Below, in pieces: positions 8,315 to 16,606 of a stretch of 64,000 nucleotides of DNA. Under the pieces are notes generated by a model that worked only from the letters and a program-made list of their open reading frames with translations, was not told the DNA's origin and ran no database searches. The stretch's first letter is position 1; each line of letters starts with the position of its first letter. The position numbers and the translations under genes were made by a program. The stretch lies in IMG/VR virus record IMGVR_UViG_3300023296_000874, positions 186,001 to 250,000 of that record; one strand, written 5' to 3'.

Positions 8315-8539
8315 CTACTGAGCGCTGTCGTCGTCATCCGCCGCAGCCGAATCGTCGTCGTCAGCCGAATCGTCGTCGTCCACGGCGTCGTCATCATCGG
8401 CAACCGCCGAATCGTCGTCGTCCGCAACAACGGCGGAATCGTCGTCGTCGGTAACCGCGCTGTCGTCGTCATCGCCTGAGGGGCAACCAACGAGGGCGAG
8501 GGAAAGGATGGCGAGCAGCAAGAGAAGGGAACGTGTCAT
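8315..8539 (-). CDS. Asp-rich repeat lipoprotein
   Basis: Signal MTRSLLLLLAILSLALVGC then 7 DDDD units (DDDDSA repeats). Confidence 0.75.
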   Translation of the reverse strand: MTRSLLLLLAILSLALVGCPSGDDDDSAVTDDDDSAVVADDDDSAVADDDDAVDDDDSADDDDSAAADDDDSAQ

Positions 8540-8620
8540 AGGAACTCCTTGGGGTAAGCTCGTAGGACACTCCCGTCAACGGATAGTTGGCTTTCGAATA
8601 CCGCTATACACTATTCTGCC

Positions 8621-9205
8621 CTACGGATGCTCAGCGAGTTCTCCGGGTACCACGCCTGACGCCAGCACAATCTTGCAGATGTGCTCGACGCGCTCAATGT
8701 GCTCAAAGGCTTCCCACGGGTCAGCTCCAGTTGCTGTGACGCCGTGGTTCTTCTGACCCACGATGTCACACCTGCCCAAGAAGGACTCGTAGGTGGCGTC
8801 CCCAAGCGCGGCAGAGATGGCCGGTAGGAAGGGCACTGTCGCCCCAATGCGCGTGTAGCGGAACAGCTCAGGGAAGTGGTTCTGCAACACGCGGAGGTCA
8901 AAACCCCGGAACATTGCGGCCACTGTGTACGTCGGGTGTGCGTGGACAACCGCTGTAGCCCCGCCACGGTGTTGCAGGAGGAAGTGCATGTGCAACTCCC
9001 CTGAAGGCTTCCCGGTAGCGACAACGGGCGCGTCAGCTTCCACAAGCACCGGGACAAGGTCGCCCTCCAAGATGAACTGCTTCCGCACGCCTGATGGAGT
9101 GATCAGGAAGCCTTCATCGGACGTGATTGAGACATTCCCATCCCGTGTAGATATCCAACCGAGTCGGTATAGTTCGGCCATCACTTCGCAAGTAGCTGCC
9201 TTCAT
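8621..9205 (-). CDS. Class II aldolase/adducin family (FucA/Ald2-like)
   Basis: DGNVS, LITPSG, KPSGELHMH, VVHAHP, NHGV; GGAGG RBS favours ATG at 9205. Confidence 0.85.
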   Translation of the reverse strand: MKAATCEVMAELYRLGWISTRDGNVSITSDEGFLITPSGVRKQFILEGDLVPVLVEADAPVVATGKPSGELHMHFLLQHRGGATAVVHAHPTYTVAAMFRGFDLRVLQNHFPELFRYTRIGATVPFLPAISAALGDATYESFLGRCDIVGQKNHGVTATGADPWEAFEHIERVEHICKIVLASGVVPGELAEHP

Positions 9206-9235
9206 TTCGGTTCCCTCCAGAATGCTATTCGAGAC

Positions 9236-9251
9236 GCACAAACGGATCATG
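9236..9251 (-). promoter_or_regulatory. Conserved 16-bp motif (putative late promoter)
   Basis: gcacaaacggatcatg, 31 nt upstream of the aldolase start. Confidence 0.6.
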
Positions 9252-9292
9252 AAACGTGTTGAAGAGTGGGAACCCCTTACGCGAGGAGCTGA

Positions 9293-9589
9293 ATGCTTCC
9301 CACCCTACCGCTGACCGCCCAGCACTCCATCTTCAACTGGCGCAGGTACTCGTCCCCGGTCCGAACCCACAGGTGTCAGAAGTGTGGTCACGGCTACCCG
9401 CCCGGCCCCAACGAGAACTGGACGACCAACGAGCCCGGCGTGCTTCCTACCGGACTCATGACGCTTTGCAAGAAGTGTGGTCACCACGGCTTCAGCCACT
9501 ACCTCGGAAGGAAGCTCCCTTGGTACCATGTGGCTCGGTGGTGGCACAACGACACATACGAGTGGTCAGACCAGCAATGGACTCCCTGA
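9293..9589 (+). CDS. Small Zn-finger protein
   Basis: GAGGAG RBS; CQKC ... CKKC. Confidence 0.55.
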   Translation: MLPTLPLTAQHSIFNWRRYSSPVRTHRCQKCGHGYPPGPNENWTTNEPGVLPTGLMTLCKKCGHHGFSHYLGRKLPWYHVARWWHNDTYEWSDQQWTP

Positions 9590-9620
9590 GGAGCCCATCA
9601 CATACCGCCGCAGTAGAGGT

Positions 9621-10043
9621 TCACTCTGCTGCGGAAGCGTCCTCACACACCTGCCACGAAGCAGTCACGGAGTAGAACTCCCAGGTGGCGGTCGCGGCAC
9701 CAAGGTCGCAGAGCTCCGGGGTGAGGCAGAGCTCACCCGCGTCGGAACGCTCGAACAGGGAGGTCACGTCCTCGGTCACGAGGCCCTGAGGCTCGACGCA
9801 GGGCTCAGCGGTGTAGACGGAGGCATCGCCCTCGCCCTCAACGCAGCGGCTACGTGCAACGCTCCAGTCATCAGTCACGGCGAGCGTGAAGGACGTTGCG
9901 TCCTCGCCAGCGGGAGTCCAGGTGGACGTCTCGGTGGTGCATTCGACAGCCGGTGTGTCGGTGGCATCAGTGTCGCCGCTGTCGGCCTTGTCACCGTTGC
10001 AGGCCAAGAGAAAAGCGAGAGGAATCAGGATCATGGTACGCAT
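9621..10043 (-). CDS. Acidic Cys-containing lipoprotein
   Basis: AAGGAG RBS; MRTMILIPLAFLLAC lipobox; true start 10043, not the ORF-track 10562. Confidence 0.65.
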   Translation of the reverse strand: MRTMILIPLAFLLACNGDKADSGDTDATDTPAVECTTETSTWTPAGEDATSFTLAVTDDWSVARSRCVEGEGDASVYTAEPCVEPQGLVTEDVTSLFERSDAGELCLTPELCDLGAATATWEFYSVTASWQVCEDASAAE

Positions 10044-10166
10044 AGTGTCGCGCTCCTTTGTTTGGTTAGGGGCTATTGAACACCCCCAATACGCAGGAGT
10101 TAGAATGCGAAGATGTGCAGTGTGCATTTTCTCTGACTTACTCGTGGTTCGGAGCGTTGTACCCAT

Positions 10167-10607
10167 ATGGAGACGAACATGCCCACCGTAGAAGCCGGAC
10201 TCGAAGTGCTCGACGCTACCCCACTGCCTGACAGTGATGGTGGCGCTCAGGACTACGATGCCTTCGACATCGCGCTCAACGCTGCCATGGCTGCCGTTGG
10301 TTGGGTGACCGAGGACTTCTGGAAGGCCTTCTACGCCTCCGACCTGTGGTTCACCCGCAGCACCGCCGAGTGGATCGACCAGCACTGCACGACCGAGATG
10401 GCCGTGAGCGCTGACCGCCTCGAGATCCTCAAGCCCTTGCTCAACGCTCAGAACCTCCTGCTCGCATCCCACGGTGCCCGCTGGATGGCTCAACACTGCG
10501 ACACCTGCGTCGGACACACCGACGGAACCCGCCCGATCCACCTCAGCATCGAGCAGTACCACTGGGCACCCTACGACGCTGACCGTAGCTTCGACGTGCC
10601 CGCGTGA
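10167..10607 (+). CDS. Hypothetical protein
   Basis: Strong codon bias; no motif recognised. Confidence 0.6.
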   Translation: METNMPTVEAGLEVLDATPLPDSDGGAQDYDAFDIALNAAMAAVGWVTEDFWKAFYASDLWFTRSTAEWIDQHCTTEMAVSADRLEILKPLLNAQNLLLASHGARWMAQHCDTCVGHTDGTRPIHLSIEQYHWAPYDADRSFDVPA

Positions 10608-10669
10608 AGTTCAGGGTACAGATACCCGAGGGCCACTTCCTCCGCATCACCGCCCTCTTCGGGGGCCGA

Positions 10670-10960
10670 TCAAGGATAGAGGTGACGGACGGACAGTTCA
10701 ATACCGACTTCTGGTGACTGCCTGACCATGAAAGCGCCGTGCGCGCTCTTGCAGTTATTGAAGAAACGGGCGAGGCTGATTTCCCCTGCATACGGTTCTA
10801 CGAGTCCGGGTTCGGCTACCGATACGGTGTGCAGTACCCGCGCAATCCCCATTTCGACACTTGGAAGGTGGGTGACCGTCAGCAGTAGTTTTGGCTCGGT
10901 AGCCGTGAACGGGCGAAGACGCGAGTCTGATAGGGGAACCCCAAGTAGGGATGCCCTCAT
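10670..10960 (-). pseudogene. Possible degenerate sugar-nucleotidyltransferase (NTP_transferase) N-terminal fragment
   Basis: MRASLL..SDSRLRPFTATEPKLLLTV resembles MKAIILA.G.GTRLRPLT...PKPLLPV but lacks the Gly loop and the rest of the domain. Confidence 0.3.
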
Positions 10961-11546
10961 GATTTTGACCCTCGAAAACATTGCTACCCACTCTGACTAC
11001 CGTGCCTTGCACGGTATCAATGTCAGTCTCCGCTACAACAACGAGCCGCGCGGGTTCCACGCTACCCGCTGGGCAATGGTTCCGAACATTGCCATCTCCC
11101 ATATGCACCAGTGGGGTCTGGATGATTTCTGGGACCGCCGCCCCGCGTCTCCGCGCAAGCTCAAGCTGGACCCCAACGCACTCGGCGATGTGATGGTCTC
11201 ACAGGACCCTACAGAGTTGGTCTCAAACTCAAGTGACACCAGGCAGCCCCTGCGCATTGTTCAATACCAGGAGAGCCCGTTGATGTACGCGAGTTCGGAG
11301 TCGAGCTTGGACTGGTTGATGCGCACACAGGGAACAAATCCAGGTGGACACGCACGCAGCCTCTTTCGGATCTGCCTGAGGAACCGTGTGGAGATCTCGG
11401 TAGAGTTTGAGATGTTGCTCCCAACCTCCAAGCAAGATCCTCGGTCCAAGCGTCAGCGGGATGCCAAGGGAGATGATCGTCACCTCCACATGTTCGGTGA
11501 GCAGCCCAAGCTGTCTGAGGTTCCCACCATCCCCTCGCTATACTGA
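10959..11546 (+). CDS. Hypothetical protein
   Basis: ATG 10959 in frame with ORF 10728..11546; TGATG overlap with the next gene. Confidence 0.45.
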   Translation: MILTLENIATHSDYRALHGINVSLRYNNEPRGFHATRWAMVPNIAISHMHQWGLDDFWDRRPASPRKLKLDPNALGDVMVSQDPTELVSNSSDTRQPLRIVQYQESPLMYASSESSLDWLMRTQGTNPGGHARSLFRICLRNRVEISVEFEMLLPTSKQDPRSKRQRDAKGDDRHLHMFGEQPKLSEVPTIPSLY

Positions 11547-11869
11547 TGGAAATCACCTGTACCGCTGAGATCACCATCACTTCTGACGCGACGCACCTCA
11601 AAGCTCATGAGGCTTGGGACACCCTCCTGAATGTGTGGGTCATGTTGTGCGGCGAGGGACACGAGCCTACCGAGGTCATCATGCCCGTCACAGTGTTTGA
11701 GCTACTCAAACACTGTCCGACAGCCTTCGAGGCTGGGTGTGTTGGAGACTCCCTGTGGGGAGTGGATATCACCTTTGATTACCAAGGAACTGACACCCTC
11801 ATTTACGTTTGCACGGATCCTGTCACCGGCACCATGCTCACGGATGCGACCTTCGCTGTAGGAGTGTAG
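11546..11869 (+). CDS. Hypothetical protein
   Basis: Stop/start overlap with the upstream gene. Confidence 0.5.
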   Translation: MEITCTAEITITSDATHLKAHEAWDTLLNVWVMLCGEGHEPTEVIMPVTVFELLKHCPTAFEAGCVGDSLWGVDITFDYQGTDTLIYVCTDPVTGTMLTDATFAVGV

Positions 11870-11889
11870 CTCGTACCGTTTTGTTGCTC

Positions 11890-11914
11890 GCCGCGCTGGG
11901 AATGCCAGCGCGGC
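11890..11914. other. Perfect 10-bp GC hairpin, intergenic
   Basis: gccgcgctgg-gaatg-ccagcgcggc; no U-tail. Confidence 0.5.
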
Positions 11915-11939
11915 CATAATCGGAGCAGGAGGTGTCCTA

Positions 11940-12506
11940 ATGAATAGGCCCGAGCTGCTACCAATTCCAGAGAACCTGTCCATCATCGTCGTACCTGAGG
12001 AGGCAGAACCCGTCATCAAGGGTCTGTACCTTGCGCGCGTGGTGGTGCGCCTCTCTCGAACCCAGGCCCTGTCGCACCTTCGCTGGGACCGCGTCCATGT
12101 GCGCCTCAAGACCGAAGAGACGGAAGGTCGGAAGCTCGGTTGGGCAGTCGACAATGCAGACGGCGACAAGGACGGAGTGAAGCTACCAGGTGAGAAGTTG
12201 GTGGTGATTGCCAACCGCCCGCGTGCAACCAAGGCCAGCGTCTTCGGGACCACGATCCACGAGTTCGGACATCTCATCTCTAATGGGCACGGCAAGAAGC
12301 ACGTCGACGCCTGCCTGACTATTGCGTGGCAGGCTGGCATCCTGACGAGCGAGGAGTACGAGCATGGCTTGGACACCATCACCGACTCTCAGGTTGGGGA
12401 CGGGTACATCCAGCGCATTGCCCGTGACACCGGGCTGCTCGACCTACTGTCTACGCCACCCGGTGAGAAGCCTGACGCTCCCTACGTTGTGGACAACCGC
12501 CCGTAG
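11940..12506 (+). CDS. Putative HExxH zinc metalloprotein (SprT-like)
   Basis: AGGAGG RBS; TTIHEFGHLIS...H. Confidence 0.5.
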   Translation: MNRPELLPIPENLSIIVVPEEAEPVIKGLYLARVVVRLSRTQALSHLRWDRVHVRLKTEETEGRKLGWAVDNADGDKDGVKLPGEKLVVIANRPRATKASVFGTTIHEFGHLISNGHGKKHVDACLTIAWQAGILTSEEYEHGLDTITDSQVGDGYIQRIARDTGLLDLLSTPPGEKPDAPYVVDNRP

Positions 12507-12508
12507 GA

Positions 12509-13393
12509 TCAGAACCGCGTGAAGTTCCGGACGCTCGATGTGCCGGAGCCCAGGTGGGGGCCAAAGGCGCTCCGCACACCCACTCCGAACCGGGGCTGCT
12601 GGAGCCCGCGCGTGAACTTGATGGTGAGGTGAGCGTTCTCGATCATCTGTTCCAACCTACTTTGTAGGCTTTCCATGAGTCCCTGGTACTTGCTTGACTT
12701 GTCAATACTCAGGCTAACTCCACCAATCGAATAATCGAATTCTTCTCCCACCCAGTTTATTGAGAGTGCCGTGAGAGCGTGTACAGCGGCGGCTGTGAGC
12801 GTGATCGTTGTCCAGTTTCTCGGTAGCGTTCCGATGGTGTATCCGGTCTGAGGCGGGAACAGGTTCACAACATCCAACCCACGTTCAATACTCTCCAACA
12901 TTTCGGCATCTTCCCAGATGTAGCCGAACACTCTGGTCTGCTGGGAGAGAGCGTCCTGACTGCTGGGCGGTCGGAAGTGGTAGTTGCGATCTGGGTTGTT
13001 GTCCCGCAGCATCATGCGGAGCGAGTGCATCAGGCCCCACTGGTTCGTCGTGTAGGCAGAGGAGGCGGTAACCTGTGTGCCCTCGGGTACGACTCCAAAC
13101 TCCTGCGCCACTTGATGATCAGGCCCGCCTGCAAACTGCTTGAACGTCCAACGCACGACGTAGTTGCCGTAGGGCGCGAAGTCAGGGATGCGGAAGTTGG
13201 CGTAGTACTCTCCGATCTCAGGGTTCTCAGGAACCCGAGCGGCGGCACCAATCAGAAGCTCTGATCCCGACGTGTTGTCGAAGATGGCGTAGCTGATGGA
13301 GTAGGAATCCTGACGCTGCCCGTCCGAGTTGGTCAGGATGATGCTCAGTTCGTTCCGGCCCGTGGTTTGGCCGGGGCAGAATACAACAGACAC
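12509..13393 (-). CDS. Virion structural protein: Ig-like N-domain plus head-tail connector (neck)-like C-domain
   Basis: N-domain paralogous to 14823..15215; C-terminal LRDNNPDRNY, YSIGGVSLSIDKSSKY resemble jumbo-phage neck proteins (recall); late block. Confidence 0.5.
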   Translation of the reverse strand: MSVVFCPGQTTGRNELSIILTNSDGQRQDSYSISYAIFDNTSGSELLIGAAARVPENPEIGEYYANFRIPDFAPYGNYVVRWTFKQFAGGPDHQVAQEFGVVPEGTQVTASSAYTTNQWGLMHSLRMMLRDNNPDRNYHFRPPSSQDALSQQTRVFGYIWEDAEMLESIERGLDVVNLFPPQTGYTIGTLPRNWTTITLTAAAVHALTALSINWVGEEFDYSIGGVSLSIDKSSKYQGLMESLQSRLEQMIENAHLTIKFTRGLQQPRFGVGVRSAFGPHLGSGTSSVRNFTRF

Positions 13394-13576
13394 TCAGCCC
13401 TCCTTCGGTGCCTTGCCGGTGAAGAGCTTCTTGATGGTGGGTAGCGTCTCACCGGGAGCGGGTAGCTCCAAGGGGGCCGCGACGTCATCAGTCGAAGTCT
13501 CACGAGGCTTGTGGTACCGGTTGACGTAGTCGTCGGCCAGCTTGATTGCCAACGAAGCGATGCGATCTGTATCCAT
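13394..13576 (-). CDS. Small hypothetical late protein
   Basis: GGAGG RBS; late motif 21 nt upstream; IASLAIKLA leader. Confidence 0.6.
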   Translation of the reverse strand: MDTDRIASLAIKLADDYVNRYHKPRETSTDDVAAPLELPAPGETLPTIKKLFTGKAPKEG

Positions 13577-13596
13577 TGTACCTCCGTCTGAGGGAG

Positions 13597-13612
13597 CTAC
13601 AAAAGCATCATG
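13597..13612 (-). promoter_or_regulatory. Conserved 16-bp motif (putative late promoter, variant)
   Basis: ctacaaaagcatcatg; overlaps the CCA-gene TGA. Confidence 0.55.
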
Positions 13613-14822
13613 AAAGCATCTTGCTCACTGCCAGGTCCAGCTTGCGAGCCGAGATGTCCGGCTCTTGCAGGATGAGCCCACGCGCGTACGTCACGGGGAG
13701 GGATCGGTCCCGCCCTTGGAGGCTGTTCTCGTTGATGTGGCGCATGTTGTCCACCGGGGGCTTCGTGAGCTTCTTGAGGAAGTCCTGTGCGTCATCCCTT
13801 TGCATCGGCGTGGTCAGCTCCCGCAGGCGCTTCTGCTGGTCACGGTCAAGGAAGGTGATGGGGCTCTTGACGCTCAGGCCCAAGTCCATCAGGTCGAGCA
13901 GTAGCGCAACATCGCGGTCCTTGAGCTGGCGGCTCAGGTACGTGGCGAAGGGGCGCTGCTCCTGAACCATCTCAGCGATCACGTCGAGCAGTCCGAGCTT
14001 CTTCATCAGCTTGAGCGCATCCCGCGCCGTTGCTTCGTTCAGCACGTTCTCAACCAGGATCGTAGCGATTGCCTCCCACGGAGCCCGCTTCATGGCGGGT
14101 GCGTTGCGCTTGATGCTGGCAGCGAGGTCCTTGGGGATCTTGAAGCCGTACTTCGCAACGAACTTGATGGCGCGGAGCAGTCGTGTGGGGTCGTCGCTGA
14201 AGACGACGTCAGGGTCACGGGGGCAAGCCATCGTGCGGCTCTCCAGGTCGCGGATGCCGCAACCCGTGAGGTCGATCACTTCAGCCTTCTCCGGTCCGTT
14301 CGTCAGGTCCATCAGCCGCCAGAGCAGCGTGTTGAACGTGAACTCGCGGCGGTAGATGTCCTCCTCAACCGTGGCGTCTTCAACCATGTGAGGCTTGTAC
14401 CCCTGGCCTCCGGCTCCACCGTAGGATTCCTTTCGGGAGTTGGCGATCTCGATCACCTCCCCCTTCATCTCCACCCCGTCCAGAGTCCACTCACCCTTCA
14501 CCGTGATGATGGCGACGTTGTACTGGTTGGTCGTCAGGTCGGTCTGAGTGGGGATCGCCCGCTCAACTTCCTTGGCGAACCACTCGGAGTTCTTCTTGCC
14601 GCCCAAGGCCACGGAGTCGACTACGACGTCGATGTCCTTGATGGGCATGTCGATCAGGAAGTTCCGCACTGCACCACCGACAACGTACACGTGTCGGCCT
14701 ACACCCAGCCGGGTGGACAGGCGGGCAAGGAACTTCATCAATGCGTGAGAACGCTTGACAGCGTTTGCTGTCACGAGCTCTGCGGCGAGTTTGTCTGCGA
14801 TGTCTGTCATGGTGTACCTCAC
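13608..14822 (-). CDS. Class II tRNA nucleotidyltransferase (CCA-adding / PolyA_pol family)
   Basis: VYVVGGAVRN..KDIDV (DxD), EDIYRREFTFN, FSDDPTRLLRAIKF; no HD domain; no PAP upstream signature. Confidence 0.85.
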   Translation of the reverse strand: MRYTMTDIADKLAAELVTANAVKRSHALMKFLARLSTRLGVGRHVYVVGGAVRNFLIDMPIKDIDVVVDSVALGGKKNSEWFAKEVERAIPTQTDLTTNQYNVAIITVKGEWTLDGVEMKGEVIEIANSRKESYGGAGGQGYKPHMVEDATVEEDIYRREFTFNTLLWRLMDLTNGPEKAEVIDLTGCGIRDLESRTMACPRDPDVVFSDDPTRLLRAIKFVAKYGFKIPKDLAASIKRNAPAMKRAPWEAIATILVENVLNEATARDALKLMKKLGLLDVIAEMVQEQRPFATYLSRQLKDRDVALLLDLMDLGLSVKSPITFLDRDQQKRLRELTTPMQRDDAQDFLKKLTKPPVDNMRHINENSLQGRDRSLPVTYARGLILQEPDISARKLDLAVSKMLS

Positions 14823-15215
14823 CTATGTCACGATAACGATAGGAGTATCAGACAAGTCAGAGAGCAAAGCTGTGCGAACCGCAGTTGTAGGATACTTGAC
14901 AATCTGGAAGTTGAGGCGTCGCTGGCCCCATGGATCCGTAGCGGAAGCGCGGTAGTCCCACCGGATCTGATAGCATCCAGCGGGCTGTCCTCCGGGAATC
15001 ACCCAGTCCACCCAGTACTTCCCAGCCGTGGAGCTTGCCTCGGGTGTCTGCCGGTTCAGCGTGGAGCCGAGAGACGTGAAGGTTCCGTCCCCGTTGACCA
15101 AGTAGATGGAGTACCTGATGGTGTAGGTGGTGACTGGGGTTCCGGTGCGGTCAGTGAAGATCGCACGTAGGTCGCTCTCACCGAGCTCCTGCCCTTTCTG
15201 ATATACTACGCCCAT
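14823..15215 (-). CDS. Ig-like virion protein
   Basis: Aligns by eye with the N-domain of 12509..13393 (GQ..G..EL.I..T...G......I.Y.I...G.Y.....IP.....G.Y..RW). Confidence 0.55.
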   Translation of the reverse strand: MGVVYQKGQELGESDLRAIFTDRTGTPVTTYTIRYSIYLVNGDGTFTSLGSTLNRQTPEASSTAGKYWVDWVIPGGQPAGCYQIRWDYRASATDPWGQRRLNFQIVKYPTTAVRTALLSDLSDTPIVIVT

Positions 15216-15219
15216 TTGC

Positions 15220-15990
15220 TCACTCCGCTGTGTAGGGATCGTTCCAGTCGATGACGCCCTTTTCCATCAGCCCAACGGCCTTGGGGACGTTGCCTGGGTC
15301 GATCACTGGCATGTCGCGGCGGTCAGGAGCCCAGCTCGGAACCGTCTTGGTCACCAGCTTGGCGTTGCCTGAAATCTCCGCAATGCCGTCTTCCACGCTG
15401 CCAAAGGAGCTCTCGAGTACTTCTTTCACGTCGTCCGCGCTCCATGGGAACTCGCCACGGATGCCTGATACGGTCATCTCCAGCAGCATCTTCCGCACCT
15501 TGGTCTCAGTGAAGCTACCGAGGTTGCCCTTGCCGGGCTTGCCGTTCCTGATGTGGAACACTCCCACGGTGAGGAGGTTCAGAACCCTCAGTAGCTCTGC
15601 TCCTTTGAGGGCCGCTCCGTAGCCTCCAACCTTGCCGCTCTTGCCTGACGCCAGGATGGTTGCCGCCCAACGGTGGTGTCCATCCATGATGTGACGGTCC
15701 TTGGATACGAGCGCACCCAGATCACCGCCTACCTTGCCGGTCTTGAGCATGAACAGGGCCATGCCCACAGCCTTCTCAAGCACCATCGACGTCTGCGAAG
15801 GCTTCAGTGCGGCTGCCGCCCAGGAACCCTTGGACACCTGGATCTTGTCGTCCCTCTTGTCCCCATCTTCCCAGCCGCTCTGGACGAGCAGTTTGGCGAT
15901 GGAAGGGTCGATGGAACTCAGCTCGGAGGCATCTTCGTACTGCTGTTCGAAGCCGCGTGCCAAACGGGCGATCTCTTGGGATAGTCTCAT
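15220..15990 (-). CDS. ParB/Srx-like domain protein
   Basis: LKPSQ ... ALVSKDRHIMDGHHRWAA. Confidence 0.7.
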   Translation of the reverse strand: MRLSQEIARLARGFEQQYEDASELSSIDPSIAKLLVQSGWEDGDKRDDKIQVSKGSWAAAALKPSQTSMVLEKAVGMALFMLKTGKVGGDLGALVSKDRHIMDGHHRWAATILASGKSGKVGGYGAALKGAELLRVLNLLTVGVFHIRNGKPGKGNLGSFTETKVRKMLLEMTVSGIRGEFPWSADDVKEVLESSFGSVEDGIAEISGNAKLVTKTVPSWAPDRRDMPVIDPGNVPKAVGLMEKGVIDWNDPYTAE

Positions 15991-15997
15991 TGAGCTC

Positions 15998-16561
15998 TCA
16001 GTCTACGAAGCTGACACTGATGCCGTCACCCTGTGCCGCCTCAATGTCATCGACGGTGCCCTGAACCGCGCCGAGCGTGTTGGTCAGGTCCGTCAAGGTG
16101 GATTGGATGGCGGTCAGGTCGACAGTGTTGTCGTCGAACCCGTCCGTGAGATCTGATTGTAGTGTGGTGACCTTGGTGTCGACGGCAGCAACGGCAACCG
16201 TGACGTCCGTGTCAGGAACAATGTCAACCTGTTGAGTCCACTGCACGAAGTCCTGGTCGTCAGGGTCTTCGGGGATCACTACCCAGGTGAAAGTCTCAGC
16301 GGTGTCCAACTCGTCGGCGCTGAACAGGACTGCGTAGACGCCGAAGCCTACCTCAGCGAAGTTCTCGCCCGCTTGGGGGTCAGCCGTGTCCGCCACATTG
16401 ACGAGTGGTGTCAGCCGTGTGAATGTCAGAGCGCCGTGCTTCTTGTAGAAGACCCTGACCTGAGCTGCGGTGATCAGAGCGATCGGATCGCGTGTGGTAG
16501 CGTCGAGGACTTGTAGCTCAAGCCACGATGCGACGCTCTGTTCGACCTGTACTGTAGCCAT
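15998..16561 (-). CDS. Virion protein, beta-sandwich N-domain plus coiled-coil C-terminus
   Basis: EVGFGVYAVLF strand pattern; heptads VTTLQSDL..LTAIQSTLTDLTNTL. Confidence 0.5.
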   Translation of the reverse strand: MATVQVEQSVASWLELQVLDATTRDPIALITAAQVRVFYKKHGALTFTRLTPLVNVADTADPQAGENFAEVGFGVYAVLFSADELDTAETFTWVVIPEDPDDQDFVQWTQQVDIVPDTDVTVAVAAVDTKVTTLQSDLTDGFDDNTVDLTAIQSTLTDLTNTLGAVQGTVDDIEAAQGDGISVSFVD

Positions 16562-16589
16562 GTAGATACCTCACTCGTTGAGTCCACGG

Positions 16590-16605
16590 CTACAAAAGGA
16601 TTAGG
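16590..16605 (-). promoter_or_regulatory. Conserved 16-bp motif (putative late promoter)
   Basis: ctacaaaaggattagg, 29 nt upstream of 16561. Confidence 0.65.
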
Positions 16606-16606
16606 G

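Noticed and set aside
8325-8472. Tandem gtcgtcgtc repeats resembling an array
   Set aside because: They are codons of the DDDDSA lipoprotein. There are no constant repeat plus unique spacer units, so this is not CRISPR.
8621-9205. Calling this gene a second mtnB
   Set aside because: It has FucA-type GNVS/PSGE motifs and lacks the MtnB-specific SQC/GIYVWG/ECFDYL features seen at 53324.
10044-10562. N-terminal 173 aa of ORF-track 9621..10562
   Set aside because: It is antisense to the real gene 10167..10607 and crosses an intergenic region. The RBS and lipobox place the start at 10043.
13608-14822. Poly(A) polymerase (pcnB) assignment
   Set aside because: The PAP upstream signature (hhGRRFxhhHh) is not present; the architecture fits a tRNA nucleotidyltransferase.
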